Assembly (NCBI GenBank): GCA_030704615.1
Contig: CM060732.1
Span: 37,758,001-37,822,000 of the forward strand
Reading direction: 5' to 3'
Length of the DNA: 64,000 bases
DNA from: Takakia lepidozioides
Lineage: Eukaryota; Plantae; Bryophyta
The first letter of the stretch is position 1; every line of letters begins with the position of its first letter. Below, one piece after another: positions 38,641 through 49,822 of the stretch. The translations under genes and the position numbers were made by a program. Under the pieces are notes generated by a model. It worked only from the letters and a program-made list of their open reading frames with translations. It was not told the origin of the DNA and ran no database searches.

Positions 38641-38849
38641 ATCCATGCATGAGCCAGCAGGATGACACTGGAGCTCGGTGGCATGGTGAGACGGACGAGG
38701 AAATGGTGTCGGGATGGCACGCATCTGCATTTTTGTGTATCTTGGCATCGGGAGGTCAAGTTGGACCTACAACAGGGATGACTGTAGACGGAGTGTCTGA
38801 GGACCCTGAGGCTAGTGATGAGCCAGGTGGTGCCAGAGATATACATGAG

Positions 38850-40060
38850 GATTCGGCTGTGTTGGACTACCTCCGCACGGGAGACACGGCAGCCACTGTG
38901 ACTGCCAGGGAGAGGGATCGGATCCTGCAACGAGCCAAGAGGTTCAAGTGGGAGGGGATACATCTACTTCGAATGTGGGAGGATGGTCGGGTGAGGATTG
39001 TGCCTCACCCCACACAGCGTGCATGGTTAGTGCGGCATGCCCATGAGGAGTTGGGGCATTTTGGAGTGCGACGCACTCACAGTTTACTGCAAGGGCAGTA
39101 TTGGTGGCGTGGTATGCATACAGAGGTGCAACAGTTCGTGGCTAGGTGCATGGTGTGTGACAGGGTGCGTGCTTCATTCAACACCCCTACACCACAGTTG
39201 CATCCTTTATCAATCATGGGATTGGGCTACAGGTGGAATTTTGACTTCGCAGGACCGTTGCCACTGACTATGCGCCACCACAGATATGTGTTGGTGATGG
39301 TGGAGCACTTCTCCAAGTTGATTGAGTTGGTTCCATTGCCTGACAAGGCTAGTGAGGGGGCTGCGTATGCATTCTTGGATCGTGTGCTTAGCCGATTTGG
39401 TGCTCCAGCTGAGGTACTCACGGACCAAGGGAGAGAGTTCTTGGGGGAGTTTCAGGCTTTGTGTGATAAAGCCTTGATAGACCACCGCACCACTTCTCGG
39501 GATCATCCTGAGGCCGATGGCTTAGCAGAGAGAATTGTTCAGACGGTGAAGAGGGGTTTGCGCAAGTATGGCTTGCAGAAATGACACCTAGGAGATTGGT
39601 CTTGGTTAGCCATGGGCTACAGGTTCAGCAAACAAGCATCACTTGCCTCCTTCTCACCATATTTCCTTCTCTTTGGCCGAGAGCCGGATTTGCCCGCAGC
39701 CATTCGTAGGGACACTACTCAAGTCCTTAACCTTGACGATCCGGACGTGTGGGTACGTGCATGTGATCAGCGTGCAAAGTTGTTCAAGAAAGTCATGCCC
39801 ATGGCTTTTGAGAACCTTGCCATTGCACAACACCGTGATACGTTGAGGTATGCCACTATACGTGATGGAGGATATCGTCCTGGGGTTCGGAGGTTTAGCC
39901 CTGGTGACTATGTTTATTTGCAGCAGACTGCTCCTACAACTCTGGATGTTACTGCAGGGCGTGTTATTCTGAGGGTTCGAGAGGTGTTGCCCTCAGGGGT
40001 CCTGATCTTGGAGGGTCGGGATTGCATGATTTGGAAGGACCATGTGCGTAATTGTGCGCC
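38850..40060 (+). pseudogene. Retroviral-type integrase
   Basis: HHCC finger (HAHEELGHFG...CMVC) and DDE triad (FDFAGP, TDQGREF, GLAERIVQ). A stop at 39582 and a small deletion interrupt it. Confidence 0.93.
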
Positions 40061-40127
40061 ATGTCACCTTCCCAATGTCGATGGCAAAGTTGACCCAAAC
40101 TTGGCAGTGGTACCTGCAGGTTTGAGG

Positions 40128-40271
40128 TGCATGCTCTGTGGATCTGCCAAAGGGGCAGCCACCATGCTGGTGTGTGATCGATGCTCAAGGGGTTGGCATA
40201 TGGGATGCTTGACACCACCTTTTGAGAAGGTTCCTGACGGAGATTGGTTGTGTCCACACTGCTTGGGATAG
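40128..40271 (+). CDS. PHD finger at the C-terminus of the retrotransposon integrase
   Basis: CMLC...MLVCDRCSRGWHMGCLTPPFEKVPDGDWLCPHC is a complete C4HC3 pattern, in frame with the integrase C-terminal ORF 39612-40271. Confidence 0.93.
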   Translation, partial: CMLCGSAKGAATMLVCDRCSRGWHMGCLTPPFEKVPDGDWLCPHCLG

Positions 40272-40417
40272 TGGCAGTGGACATGACTGGAGGCAACTAA
40301 CAAGACATGGGAGGCCAAGCTCATAGGAGTCAATACATGAGATCCCAAGCTCAAGTTCACAGGTTGCAAGACGGCGACTAACGATGGGGCAACTCTTGCA
40401 CCCGGCCTCTTGATCTA

Positions 40418-41300
40418 CACCACAAGAGATGAGCGTTTTTAGGACTACGGCTTTGGCAGAGTCATAAAAACTGCACTAGGTATACGACTACAGACCGCTG
40501 AAATGCGTTGCAATCATAGTTTTATCGCTCTGTAGTAATGGATATCACTACATGACTCTGGAAAGTTAGGGAGCATTGGTCAAACATTTTTGACCACGAT
40601 GACAGGGATGGTTTATATGACTAGTGTGATATGTTTGACTACACGTGGACGACGTTTCATGGAATCTTATGACTCCATGATTGAAGATGGTTTCACAGCT
40701 CTAATTATATGACTACATCACTACACGTGTCATTTTGAAGCCACATACACGAATGTATTCATCCATTGGATGAGTTCATCCACAACATGACATGGCATGT
40801 AAACTTATGACTGCCTAAGTGCAGGTTGTTTCATAACCTATAAATATGACTACATCACTACACGTGTCATTTTAAAGGCATTTATATGATTCTATTACTA
40901 CACGTGTCATTTTGAAGGCATATACATGAATGGATCCATCCATTGGATGATGAGCTCATCCATCCATGTTTACCACAAATTCCTATCAGCTTTGAATATG
41001 TGTGGGGAGTTGATATCTGTTCAATAAATTGGATCTGGATGGACGTGGCTTAACAAGCATCGCAAGATATATGAGATTAAGATACGCAATGGTCATGGTT
41101 GTACATGGAGATTATTTTGAATCGATAGATTGTATAAGATCTAACGGTCTAGATTGTTTAAGATCTAACGGTTTAAGATTAGGTATATCGAACTTCATGA
41201 GCAAATTCGCTTAAGTCTGGGCTGAGAGTTTTGGCAGATGCAACAATAGAAGGGGATGATGATGGTAGTAGGATTTTAGCCTATGACCACTAGAATTAAT
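40418..41300 (+). mobile_element. CACTA/EnSpm-like terminus with subterminal repeats
   Basis: Begins CACCACAAGA (one mismatch to CACTACAAGA). ATGACTAC and ACTACACGTGTCATTTT(G/A)AAG repeats follow at ~40720, ~40857 and ~40897. No partner TIR was found. Confidence 0.55.
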
Positions 41301-41857
41301 CAAAGTGCAAAAAGTTAATTTTTTTTCAAAAAGTTGCTTATAGGGTTTGCAAAAGGTTTAAAAAAATCAAAAAATTGCTTATAGGGTTCCCTGAACAAAG
41401 GCCTGGGACTTGGGCTTTTTTTTTTCTCCTGTGCCTGCGAGAGATGTTGTGTCATGGAACGTGATGATGCTGGAGCGTGGGATAGAGGCTTTGCAGACCT
41501 ACCCACTCTTGAACAAATGAAGGAGAGGAGGAGGATGAGACGAGACAACTCCGACATCATCCGACATCTCTCGTCATCTCGTCGAGGAGGAGAAGCTCCC
41601 AATATTCTTGCGAGATCGCCGTTTTTGGGAGAGAGACGAGACGAGGAGAAGCTCGCCGTTCTTGGGAGAGTCAGCTTGGTCTTAGCAGGCCGTGTTTCAA
41701 TCTCTGCCTGCTCAGGTGCACCGTGGTGGTTCGATCTCACATACCAATCTGACATCACCTGACTACAGACACAAGCAGCACACACAAGAGGTCCTTTTGG
41801 GTTGATGGTCCGTCAAATCCTCCATGGGTCATGACACAAGGTCAAGAACAATGTGGT

Positions 41858-44160
41858 GAGGGCACCTTCTTCTTCAACCTGTTTCAGCCTGTTTTGCCCT
41901 CTCATCAGACTCGCCCTGAGATGCATATTGAATCCTGTAAGTTAGCTTGTTGGGCGGATCTGTGGTGGTTTAGAGTGACTTTGACAAGTTGCTGCCGATG
42001 CAGCAGCAGGAAAGTATCCAAAAATAAGTAACAGAGATGAGGAGAAGCTTTGGAATGAACACTTTTCCGACCCCAGTCAATGGCGGGACAATGGAGACAA
42101 TGCCTGTTGGACTATACTAGAGAGAAGCAGATGCAATTCAGAATTGGAACTACTGTAATAATTAGGGTTGGGGTGTTTGCTGGAAGAACTTCACGGCGTC
42201 AGTGTCAGCTGCTTACATCAAGTATTCATGATTTGTACACAGGCAGGGATAGCTGAAGGACCAGGGATAGAGGTCCAGATTCATCCAAGAAGGCCGGATT
42301 TCAAACACAAGATTACTTCTGATTCCCTGTGGATCAACAGCTGCAAGACATCTGCTAATGAGAAGATGGTCTGCTAATGACAACACCTTCTTCAACACAT
42401 TTCACCCTGTTTTTCCTTATCAGAATCGGCCCTAAATTTTCATGTTGAATTCTGCAAGTTAGCTGGTTGAGTGAACATGGGATAGTTTGGAATGACTTTG
42501 ACATGAACCTGCCAATGTGACAACATGAAAGTATCCAAAAAGAGGTAACAAAGATGAGGAGAAGTTGTGGAATGAATACTTTTTTGACCCCAGTCAATGG
42601 TGGGACAACCGAGCCAAAAAGGTGAATGTCTGTCATGATTTTGATCACCAGTCATGTTGCGACCCGAGGCCCTGTTGTCTTGGGCTGACATGCAGGGCAG
42701 TGCTGAAAATCTGGCTTTCCGCTGTAAAAGTAATGAACTTTTCATATTTTGGAGGTTGTGTGACCTGGTTGGGATTGCATCTTTGTGCAAGATCTTTCTA
42801 CATGTTCAAGTGTGTGCCAGTTTCTACGAAGCATTGCACCTGATGAGGCCCTTTGGTGCAAGCTGTAAGTTTTCCTTCCAAAGCATTTTGTCCCCTTGGT
42901 TTTGCTGTCTAGGGCTATGATCATGGCATTTATGCTTCTGATCTCGGCTGCCTCTGCTGGTCAACAGAGCTAAAGATCTAGATGGTTTTGTGGTTTTTTT
43001 TGGTTCTCAGGTACATGATGATCTTGTGGTGGTGGATACATCGGTTGCAGACCAAGTGACAGCATGGCGGCGCAGCCAAAGCATGACTGACGTATATGCT
43101 GGTGATCATTGGTGCTCTGGTAGAACCTGTACGTACCATCAAATTGGTGACGTTTTCTTGCGAGAAGACTGGCAAAGCCCACAGTACTGTTACTACCTAT
43201 ACTCAGACTTTGCCAACCTCCAATACTCAACCTTTGTGCACGGTTTAGATTCTGATCACTGCCCCTGCCCTGGTGGACATGTATGCCAAATGTGGGTGCA
43301 TCGAGGATGCCAAGGGAGTGTTCAACACTATGGCTGAAGGAGACGTGGTGTCGTGGAGTGCGATGCTTGCAAGGTAGGGGGTGCGGGATGGAGGCTTTGG
43401 AGACCTATGAGCAAATGATGGGGGAAGGGGGCTCGTTCTTCAATAGCATAGCGCTACAAGTGGGTAGATGGTCAACTGGAAACAGCAGCGGCAGCAGCAC
43501 AATTCATAGAATAAGGTGCTGCTAATGAAGGTACCTTCTTCAACGTATTTCACCCTGTTTTCCCTGCTATCAGAGTCGTCCCTAAATTTTCATGTTGAAT
43601 TCTGCAAGTTAGCTCATTGGTGGATCTATGGTGGTTTTGGAGTGATTTTGACATGTTACTGCCAATGTGGTCGACAGGAAAGTATCGAAAAATAAATAAC
43701 AGAGACTCGAGGAGAAGCTCTGGAATGAATACGTTTCCGACCTCAGTCAATGGTGGAACAATCGAGACAAAAGGTGAATGTTTTTTGGAAACAGACGTAA
43801 GTCAGCATAGGAACTAGTGTGATAAGTAGGGTTGGTGTGTTTGCTCAAGCAATTCTAGGCTATCATTCTCAGCTGTTACCAGCAAGGCGAGGATGTATGC
43901 ATGATTTGTGCAGGGGCATGGATAACTGAAGGAGCAGGGATAGAGTGTGGGTCCAGATTCATCCAAGAGGGCCGGATTTCAAGCTCCAGATTACCTATGA
44001 TTCCCTGTGGAAAGATAGGTACAAGAAACCTGTATGGGTCGATGGTCAACTGGAAGCCGCAGCAACAGCGGCACAATTGATCAAATCAGGCACTGTTAAT
44101 CAAGGCACCTTCTTCAACACATTTCACCCTGTTTTTCTCTCTTATCAGAATCGACCGTAT
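41858..44160 (+). pseudogene. Mosaic of captured host gene fragments: repeated OSB-type PDF-motif exons, an F-box SKIP31-like exon and a PLS-class PPR fragment
   Basis: EKLWNEYFFDPSQWWDNR (three copies) and HPRxPDFKxxITxDSLW (two copies); DTSVADQVTAWRRS...HWCSGRTCTYHQIGDVF (43011-43180); ALVDMYAKCGCIEDAKGVFNTMAEGDVVSWSAML (~43267-43370). Confidence 0.7.
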
Positions 44161-44599
44161 CAAGAAATATTGCACTGTTTAACATGGTCCTTGATTCTAC
44201 TAGCACCAGAACAAATTAGTACTACAACCCATGTATGTGGGCTTGCTTATTTTTTGCATACTCGGCCTTTTCAGGCATGGATTTTTGGACCTTGTGGCCT
44301 TTGAGGTATCCATTGGGACAGTGGTCTCATTTGGATTTTTGTAATATAATTTACAGGGCGTGTATTCCCCTGTACTTGTATATTTTGACTGTCATTGTGG
44401 TTGCTAGTATGCAAGAGGGGTCCATTATGTTTTTATATCGGAATTTCACCATGTAATGAAGAATTTAAATCATTTAATCTATTTTATTTTATATAACATT
44501 ATTAAATTAAACAATAATACCATTTAATAAAAATTTCCAAGCTGGTATCCCCTTGTTTTTAAAAATAAAATATTAATTTAATAATTATAAATTATAAAT

Positions 44600-47500
44600 A
44601 ACATACTTATCGGCCTCCTCCCTCAGTTTGGGCCAAAAATACTCTTTCTTCAAGAGTGTCGCGGTGCGTTTGGCTCCGCCATGGCCCGCAAGCGGGTCAT
44701 CATGGCATTCTCTCAAGAGACTATCTTTGATCCCTCCCTTCGGCACATAGAGACGTTTTTGCTTATACCGGAGCAGTCCATTTTGCAAGTGGAACTGCGA
44801 TTTAACCCCCATCCTCAAGTCCCGCATCACGGACTCCGCCATCTCATCCTTCCGGTAAGCCTTCCGGTAAGCCTTCCGGAGCGCCGTCTCGCCCCTGTAC
44901 ACCATCATGAGCTGCTGCTTTCTACTTAAAGCATTGGCCACCACATTGTCTCGTCCCGGTTTGTACTGGATATCCACGTCGAACAGTGCCAAAGTGTTTT
45001 GCCACCTAATTTGTTTTGGGAACAACTTAGGTTGCGTGGCAAAATACTTCACTGTGATATTGTCCGTGAACACCTTCACCGGGTTGGAACCAATATAGTG
45101 GCGCCAAAGCTCAAGGCAATGCACCACCGCCTTCATTTCTTTCTCGTACGTAGGCCACCGTCACTCCACTTCATTCAGTTTCTTACTTTTGTAAGCCACT
45201 GGACGTCTATCCTGCATGAGTACACCCCCAATTGCGAAGTCCGACGCATCTGTATGAATATCAAATGGACGGTCGAATTCCGGGATTTTGAGGACTGGAG
45301 CTTCCGCCATCCACTGCTTCAACTCAGCAAAAGCTTGGCCACAAAAGGTGTTCCATACCCAGACTTTGGATTTACACAGAAGGTCTGACAACGGCCCCGC
45401 GATCTTGGCGAAATTTCTCATATACTTACGGTAGTAGGAGGCGAGTCCTAGGAAGGATCGCACTCCCGGGACCGAAGTCGGAGGCTCCCAGTCCAAGATC
45501 GCCCTCACCTTTCTGTCATCCATTTTTATCCCATCATGTGTAATCACATGCCCCAGGAACTCCACTTTTGTGACCCTGAATTCGCACTTTGAAGCTTTGG
45601 CATACAGCTTCCCTTCCCGCAATTTCTGGAACACCCTTTTTAGGTGCTCCAGGTGCTCTTCCTTTGTTTTCGAGTACACCAAGATGTCGTCGATGTACAC
45701 GATCACAAAGTCATCCAACCACTCCTGGAAAAGGCTGTTCATTAGCGTGCTAAAGGTCGCGGGTGCGTTGGTGAGCCCAAAAGGCATCACCAAGAACTCA
45801 TATGAACCATACTTTGTCCTGCACGCGGTCTTCTCCTTGTCTCCTTCTGCCACTTGAATTTGATGGTAGCCGGAGCGCAAATCGATCCGGCTGAAATACT
45901 TCGCTCCTGCCAACCGATCAAAAATGTCGTCGATCCTTGGCAAAAGGTACCGGTTTTTTATAGTCACCTTATTTAGAGCCCTGTAATCGACACACATCCG
46001 CAGCGTCCCATCCTTCTTGTCTGCGAATAGCACCGGGGCTCCGTAAGGTGACTTATTCGGCCGGATGTACCCCTTTGATATTAGATCCTTGAGCTGAGTC
46101 TTCAGCTCGACCAACTCTCTGTGGCTCAACCGGTAGGGCGCCTTGGCAGGCGGCTCCGATCCCGGTATCACCTCAATCTTGTGGTCAACTCCTTTTCACG
46201 GTGGCAAGCCGCTTGGTAAGTCCTCCGGCATCACATCCTGGTATTTCTCCAAAATCCCCTTGATCCAATCTGGGCTCGGCTCCCTATCGCCTTCTCCCTT
46301 CACTTGTCTTACATAAAGCAAAAACTGGGGCTCGTGTGACTCCTCCACGGCCCACTCCCTTGCTGACAGAAAGTTTATTCGCCCTCCCACGGGGTTGGGC
46401 GTTTCCGACACTCATAAAACTTCGCCACCATTCCCACACGGTAGCGTAACTACTCTCTTGCGGCCATCTATGACCGCTCCGGATCTGCTCAAAAAGGTCA
46501 TCCCCAAAATGAGATCCACTCCATCGATGTCGCAAATGGTGAAGTTCTCACGTCCCTCCCAACTCCCCAGTTGAAGAGGAACATCGAAGCCAATTGTGGT
46601 TCTCCTTTGGCAGAACGCACCTCAATAGAGGCCCCCACATCACTTGTCGGGAGTCCCAGCTTCCGTGCCGTTGCCGGCGTCGTGAAGGAGTGCGGCGCTC
46701 CTGTGTCCACCAACAACGACACGTTAGTTCCGGAGATTATCCCACTCACAAACATTAACTGACTCCCTTTACGCAAGGCGCTAGTTTCCTGATACAACTC
46801 ACAAAAGTAGTTGCCTATCTTGCAAGTCTTGGCGACCACTGCCTCCACCAAGCGGCTAATGGAATCCTCGGACGACTCCGTGGTTGCCTGAGTCATGTTC
46901 AATTGTCGGGGTTTCGCGCACTTTTTTGTCATATGCTCGGGTTTCCCGCAATTAAAGCACACTCCATCGAAGGTCGCCTTCTGCCCGCCATAAGCTGTCG
47001 CACCAGGTTTTCCTTTCGGGGCACCGGGTGCCGTCTTGACGTGTGAGGGCCCTCCCTTTGATTTCCATGTGCTATTGTCGCTACGTGGCCTATCCCACTT
47101 CTTTTCCGATCGGAAGGAGTCACCCTCCCGCCGGGTCTTCTTGTGGTTCAGCTCTGTACGGCCTTGTTTTTCGCCCCTAGGGACATTCGAGAAGCATTCA
47201 GCCCTCTCAATTGTCTAGTTCAAAGTCTTAGGTGGCTTCTCCTCCAACTTCCACCTGGCCCATGGGGCTAGTCCCGCCACAAAGTTGAAGACCATTTCTG
47301 GTTCTGCCTTGTCCGCGACTTCAAGCAATAGCACATTGAAAGCCTGAACATATCCCCGAATGTTAATTTATTTGCTTCAAATTCCTCATCTTGTTCCGGG
47401 CGAGCCAGGACGCGTTGAGGGGCACAAACTGTCTCTTCATCAGTTCCTTGAACTCACTCCAGTCAAAGGTTTCCGGGTTTGGACCTCGGTTGTGAAGGCG

Positions 47501-47780
47501 TTTCTGCCACCATTGTTGAGATAGCCCCTTAAATAGATGGGAGCCACTTCTACCCGATCCTCGTCACTCAACTTGGCCGCCCGGAAGTACTGCTCTAGTT
47601 CCAAGAGCCAGGTGTTGAGTGCCTTCCGATTTCGGACGCCCTCGAAGGTGTCGGGTTCATTAGGCTTCACCTTAAACTTTGCCTTAGTGGAAGTAGCATT
47701 AGCTGCCTTCAACACGTCTTTCAACGTCCCGCCAAACTGCGCCAACAACCCTTCCCAGCAGGCTAACGCCATGTCAGCAG
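44600..47780 (-). mobile_element. Chromovirus (Ty3/Gypsy) gag-pol 5' portion: gag, zinc knuckle, protease, RT, RNase H, integrase zinc finger
   Basis: EPDTFEG...WLLELEQYF (gag); CFNCGKPEHMTKKC; LLVDTGA; [11 protein letters not shown]...[12 protein letters not shown]...VYIDDIL; [12 protein letters not shown]; CHDDPLAGHGG...WPKL. Several frameshifts are present. Confidence 0.95.
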
Positions 47781-47944
47781 GCTCTTGCCACATCAGCTTC
47801 ACGCTCACGCAACGTCAGCGTGACCCTACGCTCACGCCACATCAACTGGTGTGAGTGTACGCTCACGCCATATTACCATTGCGTGAGCGTATGCTCACAC
47901 GCGACGCTCACGTGGTAACGTCGTCCTAATAGGAATAATGTAAG

Positions 47945-49485
47945 AACTTAATGCACACGTGCAACCTCTGACAGGATGGTACGCCGGTTTCCGGCATGTC
48001 AAATCTTCCCCACCTTCTCTTGAGAGTGACATGGAACCTAAGGAATGTCAAATCCAGTCGGGGTTACACTGGGTTACACGTGCACGACGAGGTGTGTAAC
48101 TCCACTCGGGGTTACACAGAATGGAGTGTAACTTCGGTCGGTGTAACCCACACTAGGTCTCGAAATTTGACTAAATCCGCTAAGTATAAAATGGACTAAC
48201 CAGAGTTACATGAGAAACCAGGGTTACAGAGGGTTACACCAATTGGAGGGTTACAACGACCGGGGTTACCCTACAAGAGCCTCTCATCAAGAGTTGATCG
48301 ATGAACCTCGCCGCCTGCAATGCTATCACCTTACCACCACCCTACCCACGACAACTTGCAACCCACTCGGATTCTTAAGTATTTAATAGTGAAACCGAGG
48401 TAAGAGGGGGTGGGGAGGATTTGACAGGGGCCCCGCCAGAGGAGCCCAGGTTGCCGGAATATGGCGAAAGTATTGTCAGATCACAGGCGTCCATTGAGGT
48501 TCTTACATTATTCCTATTGTCTTCCCTATAAAAGCATCCAATTTACCGCCCCAAATTGGAAGCATGATTTTTAGAAAACCAGCTTATTTGAGTCACATCT
48601 GAAAAATATATACCCAAAAAATCTTGAATTGCTTGACCCGAACTCGGTTGCGTATAAAGCAGTTAAGGATTAATATGATTCAATTGCTCATGTTCTGACC
48701 AATTAATTCTATTACGTAATGGTAGGCAGTGGGTGAAGTGACACCATATTAAGTTATGTCTGCTTTGGTAGGAAATTTCTTCTTCTCTGCACTCATTACA
48801 TTGCAATGAGCATTGATACTGAAAGTATCAATTACTAGTTTTTATCGTGGCCAAAAACAGCAAAAGATTATCATTGAAGGTGAAAGTCCAACAACTAGCA
48901 AATTGTCAAATTGGGTGAATCTTTTGGACGGATTTAAAAAGAATGGCTACAGCTGCAAAAATTGACTACAAAGGTTTTGCCACTGACTTTTGTCAAAGAC
49001 ATGCAAAATCTTTCTCCTAAACAAATGCACAATTAACTGTTGACAATTGATGAACTTGTGCCCACACTTGCTGGGGCCTAACTTACTTGGCTGCAATCGA
49101 GACCCGTTGATACTGCTCAAATATTTGGGCACTAGACAACCTGCAAGGAATCGAATTTGACTAGATTGAAGAAGAAAATGACAAATTTAATTCTCCCTAG
49201 AAAATAGACTCGGTTGCTCATTCCGCATCCTCATGGCAGAGTTCAAACAAAAGTGTCACCCCATCTTGTGTAACTCCTCTTACTAGATTGCATACTTACT
49301 CCAATTTCAAGACCAAGTGTGAGATTGGGGTTACACTCCCACTCCCTCCCGTGTAACCCCGAGTGGAGTTTACACTCCCTCCTGTGTAACCCATTGTCAC
49401 TCCAACTGGAGTTACACTCCATTTAGTTCCCTGAGAGGGAGGGAAAGATTTGACATGCCAGAAACGGGACATGTGCATTAAGGTT
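47945..49485. mobile_element. Non-autonomous DNA transposon with ~200-bp imperfect terminal inverted repeats
   Basis: 47945-48170 (CTTAATGCACA...GGCATGTCAAATCTT...ACTCCACTCGGGGTTACAC...CACACT.GGTCT.GAAATT) is the reverse complement of ~49300-49485. The arms contain many GGGTTACAC repeats, and the interior is AT-rich and non-coding. Confidence 0.8.
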
Positions 49486-49822
49486 ATGTCATCATAGATA
49501 AATTTATCGAGAAAAATACAAGATATATTTATAACTTGCTTGTTCATTCGGAGAAAATAATGATGGTGATGTTGGGCGAGGACTTTGTGGGTTTTCCAGT
49601 TATTGCATTTCTGTGCGCATCTATCAATCCGACACAATCAGAGAACTGCCTCGGCTATCTCACAAATTCTAACACAGCCTGTGTGATATCTGCTCACATA
49701 AATCCAAAGGGCCCAGGTCAGAATCGTGCAGATGATGGAGGATTGGAGCAGTGATGGCGGCTGTATTCCAGCAGGCGGCTACTGGAGAGATTCAGCAGCA
49801 GTGCTAGGGACATGGGCGTGCC

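Larger units (their letters stand above)
30737..40417 (+). mobile_element. Ty3/Gypsy LTR retrotransposon with gag-protease-DNMT-RT-RNaseH-integrase-PHD (defective; 3' LTR not seen)
   Basis: Starts with TGTTAAG exactly where the chromovirus integrase is cut (30736/30737). The colinear polyprotein domains are listed as separate features. Truncated by a CACTA-like end at 40418. Confidence 0.9.
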
